From: Zygophlyctis sp. KS116
Taxonomy: Eukaryota > Fungi > Chytridiomycota
Direction: 5' to 3'
DNA length: 15,373 bases
Assembly: GCA_054661495.1 (NCBI GenBank)
Contig: BAAFSQ010000236.1
Span: 1 to 15,373, forward strand
Positions 1 through 8,807 of the stretch are shown in pieces. A program made the position numbers and the translations under genes. The notes under the pieces are model-generated. The model made no database searches, was not told the DNA's origin, and saw nothing but the letters and a program-made list of their open reading frames with translations. Position 1 is the stretch's first letter; every line of letters begins with the position of its first letter.

Positions 1-86
1 AACTACATCTCCGTTTTGACTTGATTGGAGTTCGTTTATCATCTATTAAAGATCTTATATCATTGAGGTGTAACACTTCCGGCCCT

Positions 87-168
87 GACACTTTGACGGA
101 GTGGTTAACGTGATGGCCTGCTAAGCCATTTCCCAATGGGAGCGTGGGTTCAAATCCCACAGGTGTCG
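87..168 (+). tRNA. tRNA-Ser (anticodon GCT)
   Basis: Full cloverleaf: acceptor GACACTT/AGGTGTC, D-arm ACG-GAGTGGTTAA-CGT, anticodon arm ATGGC-CTGCTAA-GCCAT, long variable arm (TCCC-AAT-GGGA), T-arm GTGGG-TTCAAAT-CCCAC, discriminator G. No encoded CCA. Confidence 0.96.
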
Positions 169-173
169 TTTTT
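169..173 (+). terminator. Pol III oligo-T terminator
   Basis: TTTTT immediately follows the tRNA discriminator base. Confidence 0.8.
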
Positions 174-195
174 GTACAAGTGCTCGATTTGAGTA

Positions 196-214
196 ACGTT
201 ATTCCGACGGTCGA
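196..214 (+). repeat. Left TIR of pogo copy 1
   Basis: ACGTTATTCCGACGGTCGA versus reverse complement of right end CCGTAATTCCGACGGTCGA. Confidence 0.85.
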
Positions 215-288
215 TATAAAAACCTTTACTTTACGAAAATAATGCACTTACCCCCTTCGCTACATCAAGAAAGTAGTGTCGTGGTTTT

Positions 289-531
289 AAACCAGATATT
301 TTTTTAAACGCAGAAGAGAAGAATGAGTATTGTGTGAACGCTTTTGAAATACGAGATGGTTTTGAATCAGGATTTATAGGCTATGTTGGTAAAGAATTCC
401 TTGCCTTTAATGGAATCTAAGAAAACAAATTGGCCCAAGTAACAAAATTATATTCCAATTCCAAAAATACTCAAGAAAGAAAGGTCTCTGCTGATAGAAA
501 AGGAGTTTCTCTTTGCACAATAATCAGTTGA
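289..531 (+). pseudogene. Second (antisense) ORF of pogo copy 1, HIRAN-like, disrupted
   Basis: Translates KPDIFLNAEEKNEYCVNAFEIRDGFESGFIGYVGKEFLAFNGI*ENKLAQVTKLYSNSKNTQERKVSADRKGVSLCTIIS*. Ungapped 43/80 identity to ORF 14864-15175. The internal TAA (418-420) aligns with Tyr, and the N-terminus (~240-288) is frameshifted. Absent from the ORF track. Confidence 0.85.
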
Positions 532-575
532 AAATATACAAATAATTAAATAATTTACTTAATAATAATTGCACT

Positions 576-1695
576 TTACTTAATAATAACCGCACTTGTG
601 GAAAATCTTTTGAATTGAATCTTCCCAGTAATTTTTTGCCTTGATATTTCTTTCAAATCATTGCTTAGCATATGTTTTACCCATGATTTTTTTAGATGGT
701 CCTTCAAGGGCTTATTAACTCCAACATCCATTGGTTGTATTCTTGAAGTAGAGCCGCCAGGCAAAACAGAGACCATACATCCAAGTAAACGAATTGCCTT
801 AATAACAGCAGCAACTGTATGCGAACTATAGTCATCCATCAAAACATCCTAGATTCTGAGAGACATATGGTTTCAGTACAAGATTAACCCTCTTTAACAT
901 AGCCTCTGAATCATTCCAAGCTGCCGATTGAAAACAGTATTTTGCATCGGGGGAATATCAATTTACAACCGTTGCCTTTTTTTCATTTGTTTGACTTAAT
1001 ACTTTAAATGATTTTTTGACCTACCTTGTTGCCCTTTGAAAATTACCAGAGACATTAACTTTTTTCCTGAAGCAGAAGAGGGTTACTTAAGTTTTTGCGC
1101 CATTAACAGTCTTTGCGCCTTTTGTGAAAACCCTACAATTAGGTCAATTGTCGTAGTAGCAAGGTGTTTCATCCATATTGATCACAGAATCAGGATGAAT
1201 ATTCATGAAATGATTGATTTCAGTTACATACGTAGCAAAATCTAAACATAATTCAACATCACATTCTTTTTGGGCAACATGTATCTTCTTGCGAATACAA
1301 AAGTTATTTCTTTGCAGATATACATACAGCCATTTCTGTATTTGAACAAAATTTGAATCTTTAAATCATGGATCAAAACTTATAATTGTATATACAATGG
1401 AATCAACTGAACATTCCTTTTGACTTTGTTCTTGTCCTTCAATATACGAGTCTATAACGTTTTCCAAGTTTTCTCCAAGTGACTTTGGTCCAGTATGAAA
1501 GGTATATTGGCCGTTTGGATAATCTACATCTAGATTGATAGTTTTTTTCCACCCAGAGAAGGTCCCTTTTGGTATGTTATATTCAGAGCACACGAGGGCT
1601 TGAGAAGTTTCCTGTGCTTTCAGGAGTAATTTTTTCTTCTCGGATAAGTCAAAATTGTAATTTCTTTTTCTTTTATGAACAGGAGTAGTTTCCAT
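576..1695 (-). pseudogene. pogo-type transposase (HTH + CENP-B-type HTH + DDE_1), fragmented
   Basis: N-terminal HTH (VCSEYNIPKGTFSGWKK), VINMDETP (MDET at 1176-1165), LVIFKG, MDDYSSH...LPGGSTSRIQPMDVGVNKPLK with 35 residues between the 2nd and 3rd Asp. Multiple stops, frameshifts and deletions. Confidence 0.9.
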
Positions 1696-1754
1696 TTCTT
1701 CTGCCGAGCGAACTCTCACAATTAAATTATTTAAAAAGGATCCGACGCGTTCGC

Positions 1755-1773
1755 TCGACCGTCGGAATTACGG
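1755..1773 (-). repeat. Right TIR of pogo copy 1
   Basis: TCGACCGTCGGAATTACGG followed by TA. The extended 28-nt end matches the copy-3 end at 14776 in 23/28 positions. Confidence 0.88.
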
Positions 1774-2399
1774 TAGCTATAAATAAGAACGAATTGTTGG
1801 GGATAATTGTCAAGTTGATCTTTATATTAGTTAAGAAACTTTTGTAACTGATTATGAAGCTGATAAGTCTATAATCGTTCTTCAACTTGGTATTCATTAG
1901 ATCGCATGCATTCTTATGTATCAAACCTATCGGAGTCATTGATCTCGTCATTCAAGGATAATTTTAGGATAAAAAATAAATAATTGAATAAGCTTACTAA
2001 AGATAAGCTTAACAATGGCGTTATCACCACCAAAACTATATTAGAAAACTAAAAAAAACTTTTAAAAAATTAAAATATGAAAAATTAAAAGAAAAATTAA
2101 TGTGAAATTTAAGATCAATTAACTTGAATGCTATGCCTCCCAAGTTTGCGGGTTAAACATCTTGCGGATCTAGTTACTTCATCATGAAAATACATGGCTG
2201 CTAATCGCTACCAATCCCCAGTTTTCTACAAGCATCCCTAACTACCTTCAATTTAATATCAGTTTCAGCTTTGAGTAAGAAAAACTGCGTGGAAAATTTT
2301 ACTCAAAACTCAGTGATCGTTGTACTTGGCGATGAAACCATATTCATCTGAACTGCTGAAAACGGGAAATAATATTTAGATGTAGGAGAAAGGAAGAAT

Positions 2400-2575
2400 T
2401 AATGATGTGACCTAGATATTTAAACCAGGTACGATAGAATGAGCATTTTTTGACGGAGAATTTTCTTACTTTTGAAAAACCATTTGGAGATGTTGCTCTT
2501 CGTTTGAATTACTAAAGACACAAATATCGTCAATATAAACGATAACAAACTGAAATAAATATGGTGCAAGGATCG
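2400..2575 (-). pseudogene. Ty3/gypsy reverse transcriptase fragment
   Basis: Minus strand reads ILAPYLFQFVIVYIDDICVFSNSNEEQHLQMVFQK (YIDD at 2537-2526), then KYLGHII (YLGH at 2418-2407) after a frameshift. This is a different frame from the listed ORF 2420-2644. Confidence 0.82.
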
Positions 2576-2579
2576 TTCG

Positions 2580-2680
2580 TGCTGCATCACATGACAAGTA
2601 TTCGATTCAACATTATGTTTAATTGACTCTTCCATATCTGGCATTGGAATTCATCGGTAAAAAAGATTGAAATATGCAAA
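2580..2680 (-). pseudogene. BED-type zinc-finger fragment (possibly hAT transposase-derived)
   Basis: AYFNLFTDEFQCQI(W/C)KSQL then, after a frameshift, KHNVESNTCHVMQH. Fits the YF...CxxC...T..l..H BED pattern; the second Cys is intact in the copy at 3128-3165. Confidence 0.45.
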
Positions 2681-3165
2681 CGATCGTCAACAATAAATAT
2701 AAATATATAAATGACAAGACACACCATTAAATCAAAATGAATTCTACTTTGGACCTTAGACTATAAGAAGATGGGTACTATCATTGTCCCCCTTCTGGCT
2801 GTGCATCCAAGGGAGTACCCAATTATAGAAACCGTCATGGAAGCATATTGAGAAAGAGCATCCGAAAATAAAGTCTGTATTTCCAAAAGAACCAAGAAAA
2901 GAAGCAGAGTTATTGACTGAAGGCAGTAATAGACTCCATAAATGTAGAGATGAGAAAGCCCAAAAGGTAAAAATATTTTCTGGTATTAGAGCTGTTGAAA
3001 TGGAATTTTAACACAGAGTGAAAACCAAGAGGTTTGCATCCGCCTGGATTGTAAATACTACCGACTTTTTGTAAAATTGATTACTTTCCTGTTAACGACT
3101 CTTCTATCCCTTACTAACCCTAAGTTTTTTAATTGACTCTTGCATATCTGGCATTGGAATTCATC
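2618..3165 (+). repeat. 38-bp direct repeat pair (2618-2655 and 3128-3165)
   Basis: TTTAATTGACTCTT(C/G)CATATCTGGCATTGGAATTCATC, 37/38 identical, 510 bp apart. Confidence 0.9.
2768..2870 (+). pseudogene. Degraded C2H2-like zinc-finger fragment
   Basis: Across frameshifts: EDGYYHCP / SGCASKG / WKHIEKEHPK. Confidence 0.3.
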
Positions 3166-3729
3166 CGAAATAATTTCTATATATTCTGATCGATATAATC
3201 GGTAAACAGTCTCTGGAAGAAGAGGTTAATTGAATTAAAATGTTTTAATTTCTTCTATTAATTTTAAATTCTTTAATAAATTTAAAATCAATATCCACTG
3301 AGTCCTAACTCTGTGAAGAAGTCTTGAATATTGACAGCATTTTATAGGTTGCCTTGTATGTTTTGTTATATTTTGGTCTTTTATCTGGCTTTACCTATAT
3401 GGATCTGTAATCGCTGTTGTAACAACACCGTGGCCTTCATTTAAGACGAAGGCACGTCGACCTTCAACTAAGAGGACTCGCCGCCCGAACTCTAATTGAA
3501 TAAAAATTCAGGGTTCGGCTAAGAATGTAGCAAGTCATTACACTTTAGTGCAGCTACTACTGCTCCAGATGATGGCGAAAACGAATCTTCAGGTGAAAAC
3601 CTAACCTTACCCTCGACTCTCTGCTCTGTTCCACTAGTCCCAGATAGGTGATTTCGTAGGTTTAAAGAAAAAATTTCCAATGAAAAGGGCAAATGCTGTG
3701 TTAGTTCTGGGTGAGTGCTGGGCAACCTT

Positions 3730-3927
3730 TGTTGGAGATTTTAGGTCAAGGCTAAGGAATCTCATATGGCGCAGATAAGTTTAATATGTGGCGTATTTTT
3801 TACAGGAATTTAGAATAGAATAAGTGACAGAAGGTTATAACAAATGAGTAGCGATAGAGTATTGAGATCAAGACAGTTGGTGTTCCTAGTCGGATACCTA
3901 GAGCTATTGGGGTTCAAATTCCTAACA
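3730..3927 (+). repeat. 5' LTR
   Basis: TGTTGGAGA...TCCTAACA; identical by eye to 8125-8322. Confidence 0.97.
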
Positions 3928-3941
3928 CGTTATCAGCACCA
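3928..3941 (+). promoter_or_regulatory. Primer-binding site complementary to the anticodon arm of tRNA-Ile
   Basis: CGTTATCAGCACCA; reverse complement TGGTG-CT-GAT-AA-CG matches the eukaryotic tRNA-Ile(AAU/IAU) anticodon stem-loop as I recall it, with G at the wobble position. It does not start with TGG, so it is not a 3'-CCA primer. Confidence 0.7.
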
Positions 3942-5510
3942 ATGGCTGAAGAAGTTGGAGAGCGTAGAAATGAAGCAAATGCTAATTTATCTAATCCAGA
4001 AGGGGCTTTTAGAGAATTGGCAAATAGGATTTCAGACGTGGAATCAAACTTAGAGGTTATGATAGAAAATCAGTTGAAGACCGCTTTACAAGGAGTAATG
4101 AGCGAGTATCTCAATAGAGAGAGAGTAATAATGCGTAATGAAGGAAATTTAACACAGAGAGGAGAAATGCTTGATGGAGAATTACGTGGAAATAATGAAG
4201 GAAATTATTCACGTACCGAGGAGACCCGAGGAAGGTCACGTGACAATTCAAGGTCACGTGGAGAAAAACGGAATTTTAAAATTCCCAAAGTTAAAATTGA
4301 ACCAAAATTAAATGGACCCTCAAACTTTAACTACTGGAGATTAATGATGGAAGGACAAATGAAAGCTACGAATATATTTTCAGCTATAAATCAAAGATTG
4401 GATGAAAATGATGAAATGAATTTAGTTGCACTTGATTTTATTGTTAGAAGTGTGGGAAATCAAATGATACCACTCGTATTGGATACTAAAACTGCATATG
4501 ATGCGTGGGATAAAATTAAAAATTATTGTGCACCAAAAAATGCTAGTGAAATTAGAAGAATTAGGAAACAACTCGCATTGAAGGAAATGGAAGGAAAGAA
4601 TATAGATGGTTACATTATGAGTTTTAAAAAATTATACTCAGAATTATGCAATCAGGGAATACTTATACAAGATGATGAATTAATTTCTTATATCTTAAAT
4701 GGTTTACCAAATGAATTAAGTACAATTGCAGCATTGGTGGAAAATCAAGCAGTAAATTTTGAAGATGCATGTTCAAAATTAAGATCTATGATCAAAGATA
4801 TGAAAGATTACACAGGAGGCAGTGATAAATATTCAGAAAAAGGATTGTTTGCACAAAATGAAAAAAATTCAAAAAATTCAAGAGGACAATCTGGAAGAGG
4901 AGGACGTGGAAGTTCAAGAGGAGGAGTAAACCAAAATCAGAAAAAATGCTACGTCTGTGGGGATAAAGGACATTTAACAAAGAATTGCAAGTACGTGAGG
5001 TGTCATAGTTGCAAAAAGGAAGGTCATACAGCAGATAAATGCACTGAAGGAAGAAATAATAAGAAAAATGAAGGACAATCTGACGATTCAGACTTCGGGT
5101 TGATGTTGCAAGAAGTTGCACTGAAAGGAGGAATGAAGGAAATAGACTGGATTTTGGATAGTGGCTGTTCATCTCATGTATGCAGGGAGAAAAATCTTTT
5201 TGTCAATTTTAAGCAGGAAAGAAGATTATTGGGACAATTGGATAAATCGAATCCAATTATATCATATGGAATCGGATCAATTAAACTACAAAGCTTAAAG
5301 TTAGATGATGTCTTATATGTACCAGATTCAGGATACAATTTAATTTCTGTTTCAAGACTAACGAAAAACAATCTAAATATCAATTTTGATGAGAATGGGG
5401 CAAAAATTGAAGGAGCGGGAATTGATCTTCATTTTATACTCAGGAACAATATATATGTCTTATCAAAGGATATGGCATTGATCAGTTTTTCAATGGATGT
5501 TTATGCATAG
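3942..5510 (+). CDS. gag: Copia Gag-protease polyprotein
   Basis: KLNGPSNFNYW copia Gag motif, ILNGLP, two CCHC knuckles (CYVCGDKGHLTKNC, CHSCKKEGHTADKC), aspartic protease WILDSGCSSH and VLYVP...NLISVS. Confidence 0.95.
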   Translation: MAEEVGERRNEANANLSNPEGAFRELANRISDVESNLEVMIENQLKTALQGVMSEYLNRERVIMRNEGNLTQRGEMLDGELRGNNEGNYSRTEETRGRSRDNSRSRGEKRNFKIPKVKIEPKLNGPSNFNYWRLMMEGQMKATNIFSAINQRLDENDEMNLVALDFIVRSVGNQMIPLVLDTKTAYDAWDKIKNYCAPKNASEIRRIRKQLALKEMEGKNIDGYIMSFKKLYSELCNQGILIQDDELISYILNGLPNELSTIAALVENQAVNFEDACSKLRSMIKDMKDYTGGSDKYSEKGLFAQNEKNSKNSRGQSGRGGRGSSRGGVNQNQKKCYVCGDKGHLTKNCKYVRCHSCKKEGHTADKCTEGRNNKKNEGQSDDSDFGLMLQEVALKGGMKEIDWILDSGCSSHVCREKNLFVNFKQERRLLGQLDKSNPIISYGIGSIKLQSLKLDDVLYVPDSGYNLISVSRLTKNNLNINFDENGAKIEGAGIDLHFILRNNIYVLSKDMALISFSMDVYA

Positions 5511-8007
5511 GAGATTTGCTCATATGAACCAAAAAATGCTAAAATTCATGTTTAAAAGGAATATGGTTGAAGGAATAGATAATTTGGAAAATGGAAAAAA
5601 TGATTTTTGTGATGTTTGTCATCTAGCAAAAATGACCAGGAAGAAATTTCAGACGAAGGGCTTAAATGATTTAAAGTGCTTAGAAATGATACATGCTGAT
5701 TTGTGTGGCCCACTACCAAATTCTTTAGGAGATAACAAATATTTTCTCTTATTTACAGACGAAAAGACAAGATTTAGATGGATATACTTTTTAAAGTTGA
5801 AAAGCCAGACTTACAAATATGCAGTGGAATTTATTAACTTGTTGAAGAATCATTTCAAAGATTGTTTTAAATTTCTTAGATCTGACGGTGGTGGAGAATT
5901 TATTTCAAACGCTTTTCAAACTTTGCTCAAGGAAAATGGGATTTTACATGAAAGGACGGTAGTATATACTCCTCAATCAAATGGAATCTCAGAAAGAGGA
6001 AACAGGATAGTTGTAAATGGAATAAGATGTTTACTGGTGGATGCTAATTTGTCTTATATCTTTTGGGCAGAAGCGGCGCAAACAGTTGTTTACATATTAA
6101 ACAGGAGCTTTACTCATGTTTTGAAGGATAAAACTCCGTATGAAGCATTATATGGAACTAAACCGAACGTTAGTAATTTGAAAATATTTGGATCAAATTG
6201 CATTTTCAAATTGCATGACGAGTTGAGAAAGAAATTGGAAGGGAAAGGCAAATATGGAATTTTTCTTGGTTATGAAGGAAACTCGATCTATAGAATTTTT
6301 GATCAGGAGAGACAATTAGTGATTCGAAGCAGAGATGTTATTTTCAAGGAGGGAGATTTTACACGGAGAGAAAATGTGGATGATCAGGACGTTATAGTGG
6401 TTAAAGATGTGGAAGATGAAGAAATTGAAATTTATGAAGGGATAGAGAATGCTTTATTTACTGTTGATGGACTACCTGAAACATATGATGAAGCAATAAA
6501 GGAAGATTCTAATTGGAAGGATGCTATGTATGATGAATTCAATAGTTTGGTTAAAAATAATACTTGGGAGTTAGTGGAGAGACCAAAAGGTAGAAAAATA
6601 ATTAAAGGAAAATGGGTTTTTGTAAAGAAATTCAACTCTACAGGAGTTTTGGAACGGTATAAAGCCAGATGGGTGGCAAAAGGATATACTCAAATAAAGG
6701 GAATTGACTATCAGAATGTTTTTTCGCCAACGGCACGAAATGTGACATTAAGAATGATGTTAAGCATTATTATTCAGAAGGGATTACATTCAAGGCATTT
6801 TGATGTTGAAACGGCTTTTTTGAATGGAATTTTGGAGGAGGAGATATATATGGAGCAGGTGATTGGATTTGAGGATGGCTCAGGAAAAGTATGCTTATTA
6901 AAAAAGGCGTTGTATGGATTGAAGCAGGCTGGAAGAGAGTGGAACAAGAGAATATCTAATTTTTGGATTAAAAGGAATTTCAAAGCTGCAATGATGGATC
7001 CATGTTTATTCCATGGATATAAAAGCGGAAAGTTAATCCTAGTTTTGGTTTATGTGGATGACTTGATTGTTGCAGTGGAAGAAAAGGAGGATTTGAAATA
7101 CTTGGAAAATGAATTAAAACAAGAATTTACTATTAAGGATTTAGGAGAATTGTCTTTTTATTTGGGATGGAAGATTGAAATTGGAAATGGAACGGCTACG
7201 ATTACACAAAATTCATATAAAAAGAAAGTATTGGAAAGATTCAAGAATTACAGATTTGGAAGAGGATTATCTCCAATATCAAAGATATTGAGAGGAGAAG
7301 AATGTGGAACTGAAGATTACCCTTTCCAGAGAATATTGGGAAGTTTAATGTACTTATCGACTTCAACAAGACCGGATTTAACTTTTTCTATATCATTCTT
7401 ATCAAGATCTATGAAAAATCCGAAGAAAGACGATGAGAGGATGTTAAATGGCGTACTGACGTATTTGGAGAATAATGGAAATTTGGGACTAAAATACAAA
7501 AAATTAGATGGTTTGACTGAAAATGAAGTGGAAGTTACATTATATTGTGATTCTGATTGGGCTGGCGACAGAACTGATTGTGCATCTACTTCTGGATACT
7601 TGTGTTTTTTAAATGGTAATTTAGTCAGTTGGAGATCAAAAAAGCAAGATAGAGCTGCTCAGAGCTCTACAGAAGCTGAGTATATTGCTCTTTATCATGG
7701 AATACAGGAGGCTGTATGGGTAAGACAATTATTGGAGGAAATGGGATTCAAACTCAAAGGAAATTGTGTGAAGATATACCAGGATAACAAAGGTGCAATT
7801 TATTTAGCAGAAAATGCTGTCTATAGTCCAAGAACTAAGCATGTTGATATAAAATATCATTTTGTTCGGCAAGCAGTAGAAAGAGGGGAAGTTAAATTGC
7901 AATATGTTTCTACCCATGATATGAAGGCAGATGGGTTAACGAAAGCAGTACATGGTAAAAGATTGAAGGAATTATTATTTGGAAATCATCAAGACAAGAA
8001 GAGTTAA
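5497..8007 (+). CDS. pol: Copia integrase-reverse transcriptase-RNase H (in the +1 frame relative to gag-PR)
   Basis: HHCC (HRRFAH...CDVC), integrase HADLCGP/RSDGGGEF/NGISER, RT FDVETAFLNG/LKKALYGLKQ/VYVDD, RNase H YCDSDWAG/SSTEAEY/YQDNKGA/ADGLTK. No internal stops. Confidence 0.96.
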   Translation: MFMHRRFAHMNQKMLKFMFKRNMVEGIDNLENGKNDFCDVCHLAKMTRKKFQTKGLNDLKCLEMIHADLCGPLPNSLGDNKYFLLFTDEKTRFRWIYFLKLKSQTYKYAVEFINLLKNHFKDCFKFLRSDGGGEFISNAFQTLLKENGILHERTVVYTPQSNGISERGNRIVVNGIRCLLVDANLSYIFWAEAAQTVVYILNRSFTHVLKDKTPYEALYGTKPNVSNLKIFGSNCIFKLHDELRKKLEGKGKYGIFLGYEGNSIYRIFDQERQLVIRSRDVIFKEGDFTRRENVDDQDVIVVKDVEDEEIEIYEGIENALFTVDGLPETYDEAIKEDSNWKDAMYDEFNSLVKNNTWELVERPKGRKIIKGKWVFVKKFNSTGVLERYKARWVAKGYTQIKGIDYQNVFSPTARNVTLRMMLSIIIQKGLHSRHFDVETAFLNGILEEEIYMEQVIGFEDGSGKVCLLKKALYGLKQAGREWNKRISNFWIKRNFKAAMMDPCLFHGYKSGKLILVLVYVDDLIVAVEEKEDLKYLENELKQEFTIKDLGELSFYLGWKIEIGNGTATITQNSYKKKVLERFKNYRFGRGLSPISKILRGEECGTEDYPFQRILGSLMYLSTSTRPDLTFSISFLSRSMKNPKKDDERMLNGVLTYLENNGNLGLKYKKLDGLTENEVEVTLYCDSDWAGDRTDCASTSGYLCFLNGNLVSWRSKKQDRAAQSSTEAEYIALYHGIQEAVWVRQLLEEMGFKLKGNCVKIYQDNKGAIYLAENAVYSPRTKHVDIKYHFVRQAVERGEVKLQYVSTHDMKADGLTKAVHGKRLKELLFGNHQDKKS

Positions 8008-8115
8008 TCAAAGAAGGACTGTCAAAGCTATTGATATTTTTCCCATTTGGCAAATTAACGATGTTATTTTGGGTTTTTTATCGATCTTTAGTGGGGCAGT
8101 ATTAAACATCTCAAC

Positions 8116-8124
8116 GAGAGGGGG
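8116..8124 (+). promoter_or_regulatory. Polypurine tract
   Basis: GAGAGGGGG directly abuts the 3' LTR. Confidence 0.9.
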
Positions 8125-8322
8125 TGTTGGAGATTTTAGGTCAAGGCTAAGGAATCTCATATGGCGCAGATAAGTTTAATATGTGGCGTATTTTTTACAG
8201 GAATTTAGAATAGAATAAGTGACAGAAGGTTATAACAAATGAGTAGCGATAGAGTATTGAGATCAAGACAGTTGGTGTTCCTAGTCGGATACCTAGAGCT
8301 ATTGGGGTTCAAATTCCTAACA
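8125..8322 (+). repeat. 3' LTR
   Basis: Identical copy of 3730-3927, followed by TSD ACCTT. Confidence 0.97.
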
Positions 8323-8479
8323 ACCTTAACAAAAAAATGGTGCTTATCTTGTGATGGGTCACCGCGGTTCATGCAGAAAAAATTTATTCATTAATATAAT
8401 ATTGCTAACGAACCGACAAAATTTCTCATGACGTAGGTTCTGTTGAGATATGTTTAGATAATCTAATTCAGGTTGCTCA

Positions 8480-8545
8480 CTAGACTACTAGATTCCTTTC
8501 AAATAATATTTATTTACCTAGACTATTAGATTCCTTTCAAATAAT
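8480..8545 (+). repeat. 28-bp direct repeat x2
   Basis: CTAGACTA(C/T)TAGATTCCTTTCAAATAAT at 8480-8507 and 8518-8545. Confidence 0.85.
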
Positions 8546-8673
8546 CTAGGTCTCGATGACGTATAACTAAACTTATGACGTTCGTGCATTATGTCCGATA
8601 CATTTGCATTTTGGGGATTCTCACTCACAGATTCCTTATCATTCTTGTGATTCAGATTCAGATCAGGTCTGGG

Positions 8674-8726
8674 TTTCAACAGGTTCAACTCTCACTTCAA
8701 TTTTTTCAACAGGTTCAACTCTCACT
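8674..8726 (+). repeat. 23-bp direct repeat x2 (30-bp period)
   Basis: TTTCAACAGGTTCAACTCTCACT at 8674-8696 and 8704-8726; partial third copy near 8732-8744. Confidence 0.85.
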
Positions 8727-8807
8727 ACCCTTTTCAACGTTCAATTTACGGAGTATTATCTTTATTCCGAACGGTCTAACCTCATAATTACGTCATTGAG
8801 AAGACAT

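Larger units (their letters stand above)
196..1773 (-). mobile_element. pogo-type (Tc1/mariner-related, DD35D) DNA transposon copy 1, decayed, both TIRs present
   Basis: TIRs 196-214 and 1755-1773 (17/19 inverted match), each flanked by TA (194-195, 1774-1775). Contains a minus-strand transposase remnant and a plus-strand second ORF. Confidence 0.88.
3730..8322 (+). mobile_element. Ty1/copia LTR retrotransposon, full length (4593 bp)
   Basis: Two identical 198-bp TG...CA LTRs, 5-bp TSD ACCTT (3725-3729 and 8323-8327), PBS, PPT, domain order Gag-PR-INT-RT-RH. Confidence 0.98.

Noticed and set aside
1036-1245. Plus-strand 69-aa ORF
   Set aside because: Antisense shadow of the pogo transposase MDET region.
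2420-2644. 74-aa minus-strand ORF as a membrane protein gene
   Set aside because: Out-of-frame reading across BED-finger and gypsy RT remnants.
3560-3600. Hammerhead-like CTGAAGA on the minus strand
   Set aside because: No stem II followed by GAAA and no compatible cleavage triplet arrangement.
3346-3728. AGGTTGCC/GGCAACCT inverted pair as hAT-like TIRs, or 3415 to 8331 (copia removed) as a TG...CA solo LTR
   Set aside because: Only 8 bp of inverted match and no matching target-site duplication for either model.
3844-7499. Small overlapping or antisense ORFs in the copia element (3844-4053, 4792-5172, 5174-5383, 6432-6635, 6774-6983, 7317-7499)
   Set aside because: Shadows of gag/pol codon bias with no recognisable motifs.
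8480-8726. Short direct repeats as a CRISPR array
   Set aside because: Only two copies each, spacers of 7-10 bp, eukaryotic context, no cas genes.
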